Source: Octopus sinensis | Taxonomy: Eukaryota | Direction: 5' to 3' | Assembly (NCBI RefSeq): GCF_006345805.1 | Contig: NC_043008.1 | Span: 77,314,001-77,378,000 of the forward strand | Length of the DNA: 64,000 bases | Shown: positions 25,839-39,625 of the stretch, in pieces | Layout: every line of letters begins with the position of its first letter | How positions within the stretch are numbered: position 1 is the stretch's first letter | Notes under the pieces: generated by a model | Seen by the model: the letters and a program-made list of their open reading frames with translations, nothing else | The model's database searches: none | What the model was told of the DNA's origin: nothing | Program-made: the position numbers and the translations under genes

Positions 25839-25968
25839 CGTGCAGGACAAGGAGCTGTGTTGCAGACAGTTGTCTGGGTGGGTAGCTTTGTAAAAGGGTT
25901 ACAGTTAGCATCTGTTACTATGGTCTTTGAGTTGGTCTTCACACAAACAATTTTGGTTTCCTGTGTTC
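25839..25968 (-). CDS. THSD4: THSD4-like exon 4; second half of TSP1 repeat 1
   Basis: ttcctccag|GA acceptor, CG|gtgagt donor; 130 nt, phase 1-2; (G)TQETKIVCVKTNSKTIVTDANCNPFTKLPTQTTVCNTAPCPA(R); joins CSEPCGG from 29.2 kb away. Confidence 0.93.
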
Positions 25969-27939
25969 CTGGAGGAAAATAACAGAGAATGTTTATATTA
26001 CAAATATTTGTAATATTGACTAAACCACAAGCAATGGCATGCAAGGAGTGAGAGGCTTTGATGTGTTATCATAATTCTAAATATCTGCCTGTTTGTAGAG
26101 TTATTGTGGAAACTGCAGTGACAAAGCGATGAGGGGATGGGGTTTTCATCATCATGGTGTTAATGGTTTTACCATTTATGATAAATATGTAATGGCAGAT
26201 AGTATGCTACTCTGCTATGATAAACAAAAGAGATTAAAACTGTTTTAGTGTTGTTCTAGTGGTATAATTTTACATGTATGTACTAAAGTAATATGAGAGT
26301 AAAGATGACCTAATTGATAAGGTCCAAAACAAGCAGTTGATTAGATTAACAAATTGTACTCTGTTAGTTGAAAACATTTAAATTTCAACAACTGAATTCT
26401 GTAAATTATAAGAATTTGTATAATCCAGTGTTGTGAATGGTTGCATCATTCTGGGACTGCTAAGTCATTAGTTGGATTGTAATATGCTAAGTTCAGTTCT
26501 TCTGATAGGAGAAAATATCAGGAGTAGAAGAAGAGAATCCAGATAAAGGCATATGTTCTAGTGGTTCTGGTGTCAACCTCACAATTCTAAAGATTAAATT
26601 ACTGGACTAAGCAACATGTTGTTCCTTGAGCAAAGCGTTTCATTTTATATTTTTCAAGCCCAGTCAGCTGAAAATTAGTACCAGCTAAGTGCTGGTGCAG
26701 TCCCCTGCACTCTCTCTCTCTCTTCAACCGTTATAGTTCTTAATGTTCAGCTTAATCAATGGTGGGAGGACCAAGAAGCTATTTACATCTGCTTACAATT
26801 ACATAGGCACCTAAAACAATTAGTGAAAGCATAAAACAAACTTGCTGGTGTGCAGAAACTATTTATGGTACTCTGAATATATGAAGAAAATAGAATAAGG
26901 GAAATAAATGAAATGCAGTGAATTGGTGATGGATAACAACCAAAGCAGAGGCAGATAAAAATACATAAAGTAGGAATTTTTGAATAATGAAAGATGTATC
27001 AGTTGAGAACTTCATCAAAACTAAGTAGAACAGAGAAACTAGGTCTTACAAACCGTCAAAGGTAAATGGCAAAATTGCTGAAAATGTGAACAGTTTTTAA
27101 AAATATGTTCAGTTCTGTAAAGATTTGCTTTTGGTGTAATAGATAAACAAGTTAGTTTTCTATCACTAAAGGAGCCTCTACATGGTCATTCAGCTTGTCT
27201 AACATAGAAACAAAATGTCTCTCAAATCACATCCTACTATATTGAAGAAAAGTGACATAGGTAATGTAGTCCTAGATAACTACTGGAAAAGATAGGATGG
27301 TTACAGCTGGTGTGTATTTGACTATAAGTCTGCTTGAACAGGTCTGACCCAGGACTAAACAACAACGAAAGAATAATAACAACGACAGCAATAACAACAG
27401 CATCAGTAACCACCACTTCCATAACAATGACAGTACATATTACTCATTAATGTCCAAACAACTACAGTGTCTTATTTCCATTGTCATCTGTTCTATATAA
27501 GGGGGTAAGGAAATGATCCTCACCTTGCTCGTATGAAAGCAGGTCAACATGTTTACAGCTGAAAGGTCAATACATGATCTACTCAGTCACCCTGATTCAT
27601 TGAATAAGAACTTGTTTTACTTATAAACTCTGTTTTCCCTAAATTTACTTTAATTTGAACTCACTTTCCTTGATTCTATTTTCTCAATTTAGTAATAAAT
27701 TTTTGGGAATATATCAAGCTAAGTGCAGAGTCTTTGCATATTCTCAAGACATGCTAGAAATGACAACAGAATTACCCTACTGTCCTGAAAATAGAAGAAT
27801 ATAAAAAACTGTGAAATCCTCAATACATAATTTCTGAAACATAGAAAAGGGATGGTCATGGTTAGGCATCTCTGATCATAGGTCTACTAGAAAAGGAACT
27901 GACTATGGTCTATAAACAACAACATGTTAGGTTGTGTAT

Positions 27940-28935
27940 GACATGATAACTTGATGGACTTATCTCAGACTCAATGTCTTTGTTCTCATATGAAGCTGTT
28001 TTTGAGAACTTCTATATGCTGATGATCTAGTTGTTATAGCTGAATCTTAGGTGAAATTAGAGAAGAAATCTGACATATGGGACCAAAACCAAAACTTGAA
28101 AGATCTCAAGGTAAACTTAGCAAAGAATAAAATCTTAGTAATTAGGAAAGAAGACAGGATCCTGATATTATCAGGCAAATAGCCTTGCTCAATTTGCAGA
28201 AAATAGGTATGTATAAAATCCATGAGCTGTATTCAGTGTAAGCTATGGACTCACAAGAGTCTATAAGTAAATCACAGGAAGATAAACTTTATATATGACA
28301 GATGAACTGGAGCAGTATGTAGTAGGATTGAACTAGAAACAGATCTTTTCGAGTACTTGACTAGATCACTAGAAACAGTTAAGAGATTTTATTACCTAAG
28401 AGACATAATTAGGAGAAGTGGTTGTTCAGAAAGTATAGCAGCCAGGGTAAGAACAGGCTGGAGAAAGTTCAGGGAGGTACTACTTCTATTGGCAACAAAA
28501 ATTTTTTTTCTCAGGTGTAAGGGCAGATAATGTGATGTCTGTGTTAGAATTGTGATACTGGAAGATAGCATGATGTAGGCCTTAAATGTAAAAGACTTGC
28601 GAAGCTATAAAAAAAAAGAGAAGAAATGAAGCTAGCATGCTCCAATAATTATGCAATGTGAATGTGTATGAATGTCAGAGAACAAATAAACTGAGAGAAA
28701 AGCTAAGTATAAGAAGAATCAAGAGTAGTACAGAAGAGAGAAGACAGTGTCGGTATGGATAGGTGATGCATGTAGAGGATGAGTGCTGTTTAAAGAGGCA
28801 CTCCATTCTAATGGAACCTGCAGAAAAAAAGAGACCTAAGAAAACTCGAGATTCATCAGTGGAGAATGACATGAAGGTGATGTATTGCATGGTGGAGATG
28901 ACAAAGGACTATACTGATTGGCAATATGCTTAACT
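27940..28935 (+). mobile_element. Old degenerate RTE RT/C-terminal fragment
   Basis: LLYADDLVVIAES, RTGWRKFREVLLLL; many stops. Confidence 0.7.
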
Positions 28936-31900
28936 ATGGAAGACTAATCTACTTATGCCAAAATATACCCAAATATAGGGGTAGTGTTAAGAAGCCAAGA
29001 TATATTTTATGTGCTCAGTGAATACTATCTGTGCTATAAAAGGCTGCATTGGATCTCCCTCACCTCTAACATTACGCTATTGTACTATTGGTCTGCACCC
29101 CCACTCCTCTGAGACACCTCTATAGCCATCTGACAACTACCCTTATCTTTAACTCACCACCCACCCTTATCATTGTTCACTTCTACTATTGCCAATTACT
29201 CTTTTACTAACTCCAAAATATCCCAGCCTTTTCTCATCCTAGTTTTGTCCCTTCTACTCTCTCACTCATTCTGGCCCTTCTAATAACTTATTCCCTCACT
29301 CCCTCTTGTCCCTATCCTCAATTACCTGAGTAAATGTACATTTCCTAGGTTACTGAGAACTCTTTACACATACACTTAGATCCACCCCTCTCATTTCTAA
29401 CCTTTCTATTGTCATTGTTCCCTCCTTGGTTTACATGTCTTAGGTTATTGAGTACTTGCCACTTTTATCTTGTACAGGTAACATAACAGAACCTATGGTG
29501 TTCCCTCTACAGGTGGATAGTGAGAGAGGCTACCTCCCTAAGGATAGTGCCATGATAATGCTTCCAACACATACTGTAAAGTGATTGGTAAATGAACAAA
29601 GAAAGTGTAGGGATGTGAGTTCCTTTCAGTCTTGTCTCACCAAGTCCTATTCAATCTTGCTAGTGTTGGCAGCACAAGAAAATGCATCCAGTACATTGTG
29701 TAAAATGATTGGAAACAGGAAGGGCATCTACTAAAGAGGCTATACCAAAAAGATTTATAAGAGCACCAGTCTAAGTCATTTCATGGAAAGTGGATGTAAA
29801 ATGATAATGATAATGGTAATGATGATGCATGTGTGTGTGCACATGCATGCATGGACACGTGGACACACACACACACACAAACATCCACACCCAAATTTAA
29901 CCCTGGCAGGATCTGAAAGGCAAAAAAGATTTTCTCAATCATTTGAAGTGATGTTCTCTCACTTGAGGCAAATTATTATCTTAAATTTGTTTGAAATATT
30001 AATTATCAAAGTAAAGTTGACATTTGAAATTTTAAAGAAATAATTAATTACAAACTTTGAAATAAACAGAAACTAAATACTTTGATATGTTTCACTCTAG
30101 GAGTAAGTTAGAATTTGTTGATTAAACCTTTGATGATAGTGAGACAGAGTAACCCATGGCAGAGATTGTAGCTGAAAGGGATGGAAGTTGCCAACTTGTA
30201 ATGTTTAATGATCTCTTTACAGCAGAAGTGCAGACAACTTAATTACATCAAAATACACAACTTTGCAAGAAGTACAAACTTGATTTAAGACACAGACCGT
30301 AATGGTGTGTGTGTATAAATGAAAAGGAAGCAATGAACAGTAAATTGGGGACTGTTATCTAAGCAGGAACACAAAGCTATTATAGAATATTACCAGAGAT
30401 CTCTCAGCATCCTGAATTACGCCCCCATATTTGTAGTTCGGGAACCTATTGCTAATTTAATGTCAATGAAACACAAATACTTGACAAGCAGGAATAGACT
30501 TCCTATAAACCCTTAGGGATCTGTAGTTTATATTATAATGTAATTTGTTCTGCAGGCTATTTCATGTTATGTAAGCATCCAGATGTCAGCCTAATAGCAC
30601 TAGCCAAACCATGCAAGCTGTACACTACTCAGAACAATGACTACTGTGGGAAATATTATACAATTCCTACATGGTACCTCATTATTAGTACAGTCAGACT
30701 TACATCTCCCTGCTGGCATAGTTTCTTTGATTTAGATGAAGGTAATGTGTTGGTGCAATTCTGAGTTTCTCATAAAACCTCAAAAGATTGTAAATCTCTT
30801 TACAGTTTAGCTACTTTAATTCCTATAAATTTTCTATTTCAGTAAATTAATTGTTGAAGGATTAACCCTAAATAAGAGTGAGTTGGATCAAAACTACACC
30901 ATCCAAACCATCCACACTTGCTACTAAAAATATCCCATTCTCTTCTTTCATCCAGCATTTTGTTTCTCATAAAACAAATTACCCCTTTAACTAATCAATT
31001 AAGTTCCACATCAGAACTCATTAGATTAAGCTATAACTGCTGAAAGCTGTCTTTGGGTAACACAAGTAGGGGTTACGTTGAACTTTAGTGTATGGAAGGG
31101 TAAGTCAATTCCTTATATATGTAGGAGAAATTCAGCCTCTTATGTATATATATTGATTGTTCATCTGTATATTATCTTCCACATTATTTCCAGAGGAATT
31201 GAACCCCACATAGAAAATCAATGAATTAATTACTCATATGTTTCAGTGCTAGTACTGTTGTTTACTAAAGACTGGAGTTGTTCCTAGTATCAGTGGCTAA
31301 ATGGATTACTGAGCATTGTGTAGGTGAAAAAATATGACATCACATCATACAGTCTAGCACTGTATATACTCCACTAATTACAATTGTAACACTAGATATG
31401 TGAATCACAGGTGTACATCTGATACTGCATACTGTATCACTGGTTTTATAGATAACAGTTGGATATCAAATATAGTATAACTGAATCACTAGATCTACTG
31501 ATCAAAGTTGTACTACAGGTATGGTACAACTGTATTACTGGATCAGTGGATTACAGTAGCTCAACTGAATATTTTATGTGCCATAGACTTGTTCAGTAAT
31601 GTTTAACATGGTGTTTTGCCACAACAATAACAATTCTTTGTAAAATAAAAATATTTAAAAATGTCCATGACCTCAGACCTGGGCTAAAACCAGTAAAAGA
31701 TAAAAGATATATTTTTATAGAGATTTCTCAAGTGTAGAAGCTGTTTCGTATCTAAGATAATCTTGTTATTCTATATTTTTAGAGTCTGAAAATATTTTTC
31801 TTGCATTAGTTGAAATAACATGACTAGTTTGTATGTGATAAGGGAAGTTATGTGGATCTAGTTCCTATGAAGTCTCGTTATCTCTTACAGTGTTTCAGTT

Positions 31901-32156
31901 TTGACTGTAAGTGTTGGGGGCCCCCATACTTTCTGGGAAACGTCAAAATACCTCTAGTACCATCACCAATGGGAACCAATAAAAGGATGTATTATAAGCT
32001 AACTGTGCACTCTGTTACCTTTAATATTCAGTCTAAATTATAAATTTTCAACAGCTTTTCAAGAACAAATTACTTTGTTAAAACATGGATAATCTATATC
32101 TTTTGATTTCTAACAAATTCTGTTGGGATACACCAAATGTTGGTGGGCCTGAGATT

Positions 32157-33890
32157 TACAAGGATCTGCTGCAAAGTTCATAGGCTGACCAAGATACTCT
32201 CATGGAGTATGACCAAACAGGGTTTATTTTTCAACATTATGGTCCACATTCTTCGATTGGTGTTGCAGTGCTTGGATCCTATTGATGGAGAAGCTTTCAT
32301 CCTGTTGGTCAAAAAAGTCATCAGCAGCAGATATGACGTCATCATCTCTGATACTGGTTGCCAGCCAAGTGCCAAGTGTTTTTTCATGTTGGGGAACAGA
32401 TATTAGTCAGATGGAGTTAAATCAGGAGAATAGGGATGATGATGATGATGAGAATCATCATCATCAGTAGCAGCAGCAGCATTTAACATCTGCTTTCAAT
32501 GCTAGCATAGGTTGGATAGTTTGACCAAGGGCTGGCGAGCCAGCGGGATGCACCAGGCTCCAATCTGATCTGGATAGGTTTCTACAGCAGGATGCCCTTC
32601 CTAACGCCAATCACTTCATGTGTGTACAAGGTGCTTTTTACATGCCACCAGTACAGGGGCCAGTCAGATGGCAGTGGCATCGGCCACAACTATGATTTCA
32701 CTTGACTCAACAACATATTACTTGATGATTGAAGGGTATTTTAAATGGGCCTGTTATGTGACATTGGCATCAACCACGGCTATGATATCACTTAGCTTGC
32801 CAGGTCTTCTCAAGAACAGCATATCCCCAAAGGTCTTCACCTCATCACATGTCTTCCTGGGTCTTCCTCTTCCACAGGTTCCTTTCACTGTTAGGCTGTG
32901 ATACTTCTTTACACAGCTGTCCTCATCACCCAGTTCAAAGCCATAGTCATGCACAGCAGCTATTGAAAGCAATTATTTGTGTGCTGGATCATTGTCCTGA
33001 TGAAACAAAACCCCTTTCATCAGTTTTCCTGGTCATTTGGTCTTGATAGCTTTTTGTAATGGCCTCAGCAAGCTGGTATTTTACTCTATATTAATGGTGT
33101 GGCTTGAAGACCGTCAATAAGCACAATGTCTTTTGTATCCCCCCCCACAAAAAAAAAAGAGGAATTGACCTTGGCCAGCTGAGGCAAGATGCTTCCACTG
33201 TATGGATTGTCTCTTTACTTCTGGCTCAAAATGATGAACCCAACAAATATCCTGGGTTAAGAAACGTTCAAGGAAACCAGCTGGAACTGTCTTAAACAAT
33301 GTCAGATTTTCTTGTGATGTAACCAACCTGGTGCACTTTTGATCAAGGGTCAGAAGATGTGGCACCCACTGAGCACAAATAGTTGTCATACCAAGTCCAT
33401 TGTGTACAATATTCTTAACTCCCTCATAAGATATCCTAATAGCATTGGCTGTTTGATTTATAGTAAATCACCTGTCATCCATCACCATGTAGTGAACACA
33501 ATCAACGTTTTCCTTGGTGGTGGCAGTCACAGGATGTCCAGACCTTGGGTCATCTTCAAGCTTCTCCCTTCTAAATTCAGCTTCCAGCTTTTGCACTGTT
33601 GAGAGAGCTGGTGCATCATCCCTTAATGTAGCAACTATGCCAGCATGAATGTTGTTGAGGGCTAAACCATTTTTACGAAGGTACTTGATAACACCATGAT
33701 GTGAAATTTCATCAATTTTCAAGAGAAGTCATTACTACTTATATCTGAAGTCTTCTTTGCACAGTCAGATGTCAGTTTACCTGGAAAGAAACAATGCAGT
33801 TATTAATAAGAAGAGTTGAAATTAATGCATGCAAAATTCTAGCATTAGTCCTTTGTAGTCAGCCTATGAGCTTTTCAGCTTACCCAAACA
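32157..33890 (-). mobile_element. Degenerate mariner with both TIRs, interrupted by an RTE fragment
   Basis: TIR-like gctgcaaagttcataggctgac (left) and gtcagcctatgagcttttcagc (right); transposase pieces EDDPRSGHP, WVPHLLT, WVHHFEPE and C-terminal DDFFDQQD. Confidence 0.8.
32460..32925 (-). mobile_element. RTE 3' fragment nested in mariner
   Basis: DEDSCVKKYHSLTVKGTCGRGRPRKT plus RTE 3'UTR. Confidence 0.8.
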
Positions 33891-35029
33891 ACTAGATATT
33901 TCCTGTCATATTCAAAACATTCCATAAACCAGAATGGCAGAAAAGATGGCTGGCCGGAATTACTGTTATTTCAGTCGTCTTGTGTTCAAATTCTGTCATT
34001 TACCACACTGAGTTTGTTATTACACTGAGGTCACTAAAATAAACTACCTGCAAAATACTCGGAACTCAAATAACAATTCGATACTTTGCAATTAGAAGAT
34101 TTTCACATGTTGATAGGTGTCGAAGTTAATTGTTACACTACTTACTGAACATATGTAGCCTAGATGTCCACATAGGGATGGATGTTTTTACACAAAGTAC
34201 ACTGTATTCATGTGTGTCATAGGGAAACTAGAGATTTAGAGCATCACGAAGAACATCTGGCTGTAAAATATGCCTCAAAAAGATCTTCCTCAACATATGC
34301 CAGTGTTGAAAAGGAGGCATCAAATTAATGATGATAATGGCAATTACAATGACGAGGATGAAGATAATGATGACATTGACGATAATGTAATCACATCCAG
34401 CAGTTAATTCACTGTGGTTTTAAGATGATACTGAAATAATTAAGAGAAAATAAGAGCTATCTTTGTCTCTCTATTTAGAGATGTTAAATATCTGCAGTTT
34501 GCCATAATTAGACTAAATTTCAAACATAATTTTACATTTCTTTTCAGTTGGTTTCAAATATGTTTTAGTAAAATTGTATAAAGAAGTGAATAAAGAGTAA
34601 TTCTCTACAATAACAAGACAGAAAGTGGCAGTTATTAATAAAGGAAAGATTTTCATCAAATCTTTCTTACATGATTCATTAATAGCCTGAGGTGAAATAA
34701 TTTCTTTAAACTGATTTTGATTTACACCAGGTTGTTAAGAACAGGTGAAAAATAGATAATAAAGGTGAATAATTAGATGTAGAGCAGACAGATTAGTTTA
34801 AAATAATAAGTGATAAATGTCTTTATTTTGTTGAAAAAAAGAATAAAATAGGATAAGGAAAACTACTTCGAAAAAATTAAAGGAAAGAAAGAGAAAGAAT
34901 GAAAGAAGAGGAAGAAAGAGAGAAAGAAGAAAAGATACAAGTTTCCTCTTGAAAAAATTTTGGCTGAAAACTGTGAAAAAAAACACACTAGTTTAAAGAA
35001 TCGTCAATACTTTGGCACAAATGTAGGGC

Positions 35030-35220
35030 AGTAATGCCAGGCAAAAGGGCTTAGCAGTATTTTGTTTGTCTTTAAGTTTTGAGTTCAAATTCCACCAAGG
35101 TTGACTTTACCTTTCATCCTTTTGGAGTCAATAAAATAAGTACCAGTTGAACACTGGGGGCAATGTAATCACCTCACCCACTCACCGGAATTGCTGGGCT
35201 TGTGCCAAAATTTGGAACCA
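35030..35220 (+). mobile_element. SINE family B, degenerate
   Basis: gagttcaaattcc...gactttacctttcatcc...aagtaccagttg, similar to 54678-54912. Confidence 0.7.
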
Positions 35221-35522
35221 ATATTTTGGCACAGATGTTAGAAAATTGGGATTTAGTTTTGAAATGCTTCACTACAAGACTTTGAACAGTCATTAAACAT
35301 CAAGACAGTGTGGTACCATGAAAGATTCTTACGTGAATTAAAGATCTGGTGGAATTTACTTTCAAATTTTAGTTTCAATGTTTAAATACTAACAAAGTTA
35401 ATTTCTATTTTTGTAAGCTCATGGGATCAATCAAATACCATCCAAATACCTTTATTATTTACAGGCTTCTGCCTTATTATAAATAAATAACAATTAATAT
35501 TATTATTATTCACATACGGTGT

Positions 35523-35760
35523 AGGAGTGGCTGCGTGGTAAGTAGCTTGCTTATGAACCACATGTTTCCGGGTTCAGTCCCACTGCGTGGCACCTTGGGC
35601 AAGTGGTTGAGGTCAAGTAACTGACAAGCAAATCTGTGGTATTGAGCAGAATATTTGCTGTAGCCCATCTTTTATACCAAGACAAAACATGTACATGATA
35701 ACACTTCCAATCAGTTTAGATCAGAAGCCATGAGAGCCAGTGCATCAGGGCATTATTATT
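35523..35760 (+). mobile_element. Chimera: SINE-A head (35523-35607) fused to one end of the (TTA)n-associated repeat
   Basis: aggagtggctgcgtggtaag...ttgggcaagtg followed directly by gtcaagtaactgacaagcaaatctgtgg...gcatcagggcatt. Confidence 0.75.
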
Positions 35761-35764
35761 ATTC

Positions 35765-37225
35765 ATATACATTCAACAGATTAGACTGTTGGAAAAGAAA
35801 CGAATCCTAACACCGGACTACAACAAGTTTCCCAAGATGCCAAGAACCCTCCTAAGTATCCTAGCTGTCCCTAATAACACTGTTTTCTGCAGCTATACTA
35901 AACTGGGTTTTATGCCTATTTCCTCTATCCATCTGTTCAAATCTTTAAGGATAGTTCCCAATGCACCTATAACTACCCACACATTCCATAGTCTCTGTAA
36001 TTCAATAGCTAGGTTGTGGTACTTTGCTATTTTTTCTATACTTCTCATATTAATTTTGCATCATTTGGGACTGTAAAATCAATTATCTGGCACTTTCTAT
36101 TCTCTTTATCTACCACCAAATCAGGCCTTCTAGCTTCTGCCAGTCTGAATGTTAAAGTCACACAACATCTTGTATTTCTTACCATTTATCAGTATGTTCA
36201 AATCCTAGCTTTCTACATAGCTCCCAGTGGATTGCTGTCCCTAGATTGTCATGTCTTTTCTTGTATTCTTTTTGTGCCAGCATGTTACATTTACTTACTA
36301 TATGAGTAATGCTTTCCTCTTTTGATTTACATTGGGAATCTACTCAGTTTTTGTCTATCTTGGCGTTTATCCAATTAGTGCTTAATGCTTGATCTTATGC
36401 AGCTACTAACAAACATTCTGTCTCCCTCTTCAGCTTTTCTTTCTGCATGTCTACAATTTGCTGAAATTATCTTTGGGAATCTACCATGCAATGCCTTCTC
36501 CTGCTAGTCAGATAATTTCTGTTTTTTTTCTTCTGGCTTTTAAGTTCATCTGGTGTTTTGGTTCCCTTACATCTTGCTGTGACTCTAGCAGCTTTTAATA
36601 AACTTTCTTCTCTATTACCTACATAAGAGTCTATATCTACTCTAACTCCATGCAGTCTTTTACTGACATTAATCCTCTTCCATCTTCCTTTCTAGGTAGG
36701 TATAATCTTGTTACTACTGCCCTTGGGTGGAGTCCTTCATTCATATTGAATTCCTTCCTAGTTCTGTCTAGCTTTGCTAATTCAGTTTTTGTCCAGTCTA
36801 CAAAAGCTACTGAGTATCTAAGTTATGATACTCCCCAAGTATTTACAGCCTCATTAGATTTGAACCATTTAGCTTTGACTTCATTAGCTTCCCCACCCTT
36901 CTGATGTACTCCCTCTTGATTTTTGCTTTCATTTCTGTAGTTAGTACTCTGTCAGATTCTAATACTCCTAGATACTTATAGCTCTCTCTTCCTTTCAATG
37001 ATTTTAATGTTTGGCCATCTGGTAATTGGATGCCTTCACTGTTGACTACCTGCCTCCTTCTCCATGCCTATATCTTTGTTGAAGAGTCTTACAGTCAGTA
37101 TTAAGGGATTTATCTCTTTTTCATTCTTACTAAAAAGCTGCAGATCATCCATGTAGAGCAAATGGTTAATTTTTCCATTACTATTTCTGAACCGATACCC
37201 TGCCTTTGCCTTCCTCAAAAGAAAG
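35765..37225 (-). mobile_element. R4/Dong-like LINE 3' portion (RT end plus RLE-type C-terminus)
   Basis: KINHLLYMDDLQLF, RLYLPRKEDGRGL and VVIGALGT...LQKTVLLGTARILRRVL; ends in (TAA)n. Confidence 0.8.
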
Positions 37226-37559
37226 TCCTAAATGCGACTTACTTATCCTGGAATCAAACTATACACAAGTGTGACCATTGTTTCCTAGTACACTTAAGAA
37301 ACATTTAGCTACCTTGTAATTATTCCCCTGGATATTTCCTATAAATTGCACACTTATACATATACACCAGGCTATATTTGAATAAACCTTTGGCAGTTCT
37401 ATCTATCAGCCTATCTACCTTCCTATATTTCTATTTATCCATCTCCATTGTCATGGAACCTAACCCCCAAAAAACAAAAACAATGTTCTCTTCTAAACAA
37501 CCCGCACCTAAAAACATCTGAATATATGTAGGTATATATAATTAGAATTTACAAAAAAA

Positions 37560-38110
37560 AAAAAACAAATCAAAAGACAAAGATAGGTGTGTGAAAAACA
37601 AACAAATGAATTAGTTTAACATTTGGGAAGCGAGAAAGTCTTTTAAATTTCGAGCCTACACTCTTCGACAGAAAGGAGCACAGAAATAAACAGGGAGAGA
37701 AAATAAAAAAGTACGATAAAGTTTAGAAAAGTTCAAAAGGCTCAAATGTTGTGGTGTATTGGAGCGATTTATCATCAACGGAAGAGTCCAATGTAATCCA
37801 TGGGTAGGAGGGATGCAGCTGAAGTGTAAGTGTTATGAGGTGGAGACAGGATAAAACTGGTGCGACCACGTGAACGTGTAATATATAGCTCCCTTTTGGG
37901 GTCTGACAGAAGTCCAAGCAACATCGATATTCTTGCCTGTGTAGCTTAGTTTTTCCTTGGGGCTGGCAGATTAATCAGCTGAAATTGCAAGGATGATCTG
38001 GTTCTTGACTGAGGATAGAAAGCTTCGAATGACCTGTCCTTGTTTATTTGCATCGACTATCTAGATGTTTTGTTGTCTCTAGTTATCCGGATGTTTTGCG
38101 TTCTTGTCCC
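37560..38110 (-). mobile_element. Probable Penelope-related repeat remnant
   Basis: Contains a hammerhead-like motif at 37640-37675; no intact ORF. Confidence 0.45.
37640..37675 (-). ncRNA. Degenerate hammerhead-like motif (variant core)
   Basis: cttt-CTGTCGA-a-gagt-gtag-gctc-GAAA-ttta-aaag: stems I and II present; core A6 changed and stem III palindrome lost. Confidence 0.4.
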
Positions 38111-38528
38111 ATTTTGTATTTCATATATATATATATATATGTATATATATAAACCTCATCTGCAAATGCATGCAAAATGAACCTCCACCAACTATTCTGC
38201 CTATATGTCTGTGCACACCTTTGAATGCAGTGAATACTGCATTTTATACCTATATTATGACATGCATAGGCCAAAAGGTTTGCAAATCCATGGAGGCCTC
38301 AAAAGACATTTTAAGATCCACAAAGAGCAGAACTTATCTGCAGCTCTTGGTGGTCCAAATCGAAGGTGCAATCTATGTAGGTGTCTGTTCAGAACATTGA
38401 ATGGTTTAAAAAAACCACATCAGATGCTTGATGGTGATATGGTGTAGGTACAAGGGGTGGTAAAACTCTACATAAGGAATAGACAACCACCATATATATA
38501 TATACATACATATATCTGCACACACATA

Positions 38529-38583
<55 letters not shown>

Positions 38584-38585
38584 AG

Positions 38586-39583
38586 GAGTTCAGGGAGCTC
38601 CTACCTCTGCTGGCAACTAAGGGCCTCTTGCTCAGGGTGAAAGGTAGACTGAATGATGCATGTATGCAAACTGCCATGCTACACAGCAGTGAAACATGGG
38701 TCAGGAATGCTGAGGACATGCATAGGCTTGAAAGAAATGAAGCTAGTATGATCTGCTGGATGTGTAATGTCAGTGTGCATGCACGACAGAGTTTAAATGT
38801 CCTGAGAGAAAAGTTGGGCATAAGAAGCATCAAAAGAGGTGTCTGCGCTAGTATGGTCATGTGTTATATATGAATGAAGACAGCTGTATGAGGAAGTGAC
38901 ACTCCCTAACTGTAGAAGGAACCTGTGAAAGAGGTAGAGCAGGAAGACATGGGATGAGGTGGTGACACATGACCTTCGAATATTGGGCCTCACAGAGGCA
39001 ATGACGGGAGAATGGAACATTTGGAGATATGCTGTGATTGAGAAGACCTAGCAACTAAAGTGAGACACCAGCCACTTGAGTCTGGCTCTGTTAAGAATAT
39101 CGCCCAACTCATGCGTCGGGCGATATGATATGCTTGAGAAGACCTGTCAAGTGAAACCAATATCATAGCTGTAGTCAGTGCCCCCTGACTGGCTCCCATG
39201 CCAGTGGCACATAAAAAGCACCATCTAAACATGGTCTGTGCCAGGTCTGCCTGACTGGCTCTCGGGCTAGTGGAACATAAAAAGTGCCAACAGATCGTGG
39301 CTGATGCCAGTACCTCCTGACTGGCTGGCTCTTGTGCTGGTGGCATGTAAAAAGCACCACCTGAACATGATCAATGCTAGGCCCACCTGACTGGCTTCCA
39401 TGCCAGTGGCATGCAAAAAGCACCCACTATACTCTCAGAGTGGTCGGCATTAGGAAGGCATCAAGCTGTAGAAACATTAACAGATCAGATTGGAGTCTAG
39501 TGCAGTTGCTGGCTCTCCAGACCTCAGTCAAACTGTCCAACCCATACCAGCATGGAAAACAGACGTTAAACGATGATGATGAT
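38586..39583 (+). mobile_element. 5'-truncated RTE LINE
   Basis: LRVKGRLNDACMQTAMLHSSETW; 3'UTR with (GAT)n tail. Confidence 0.88.
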
Positions 39584-39625
39584 ATACACATATATATACA
39601 TATACATATACATATATACACACAT

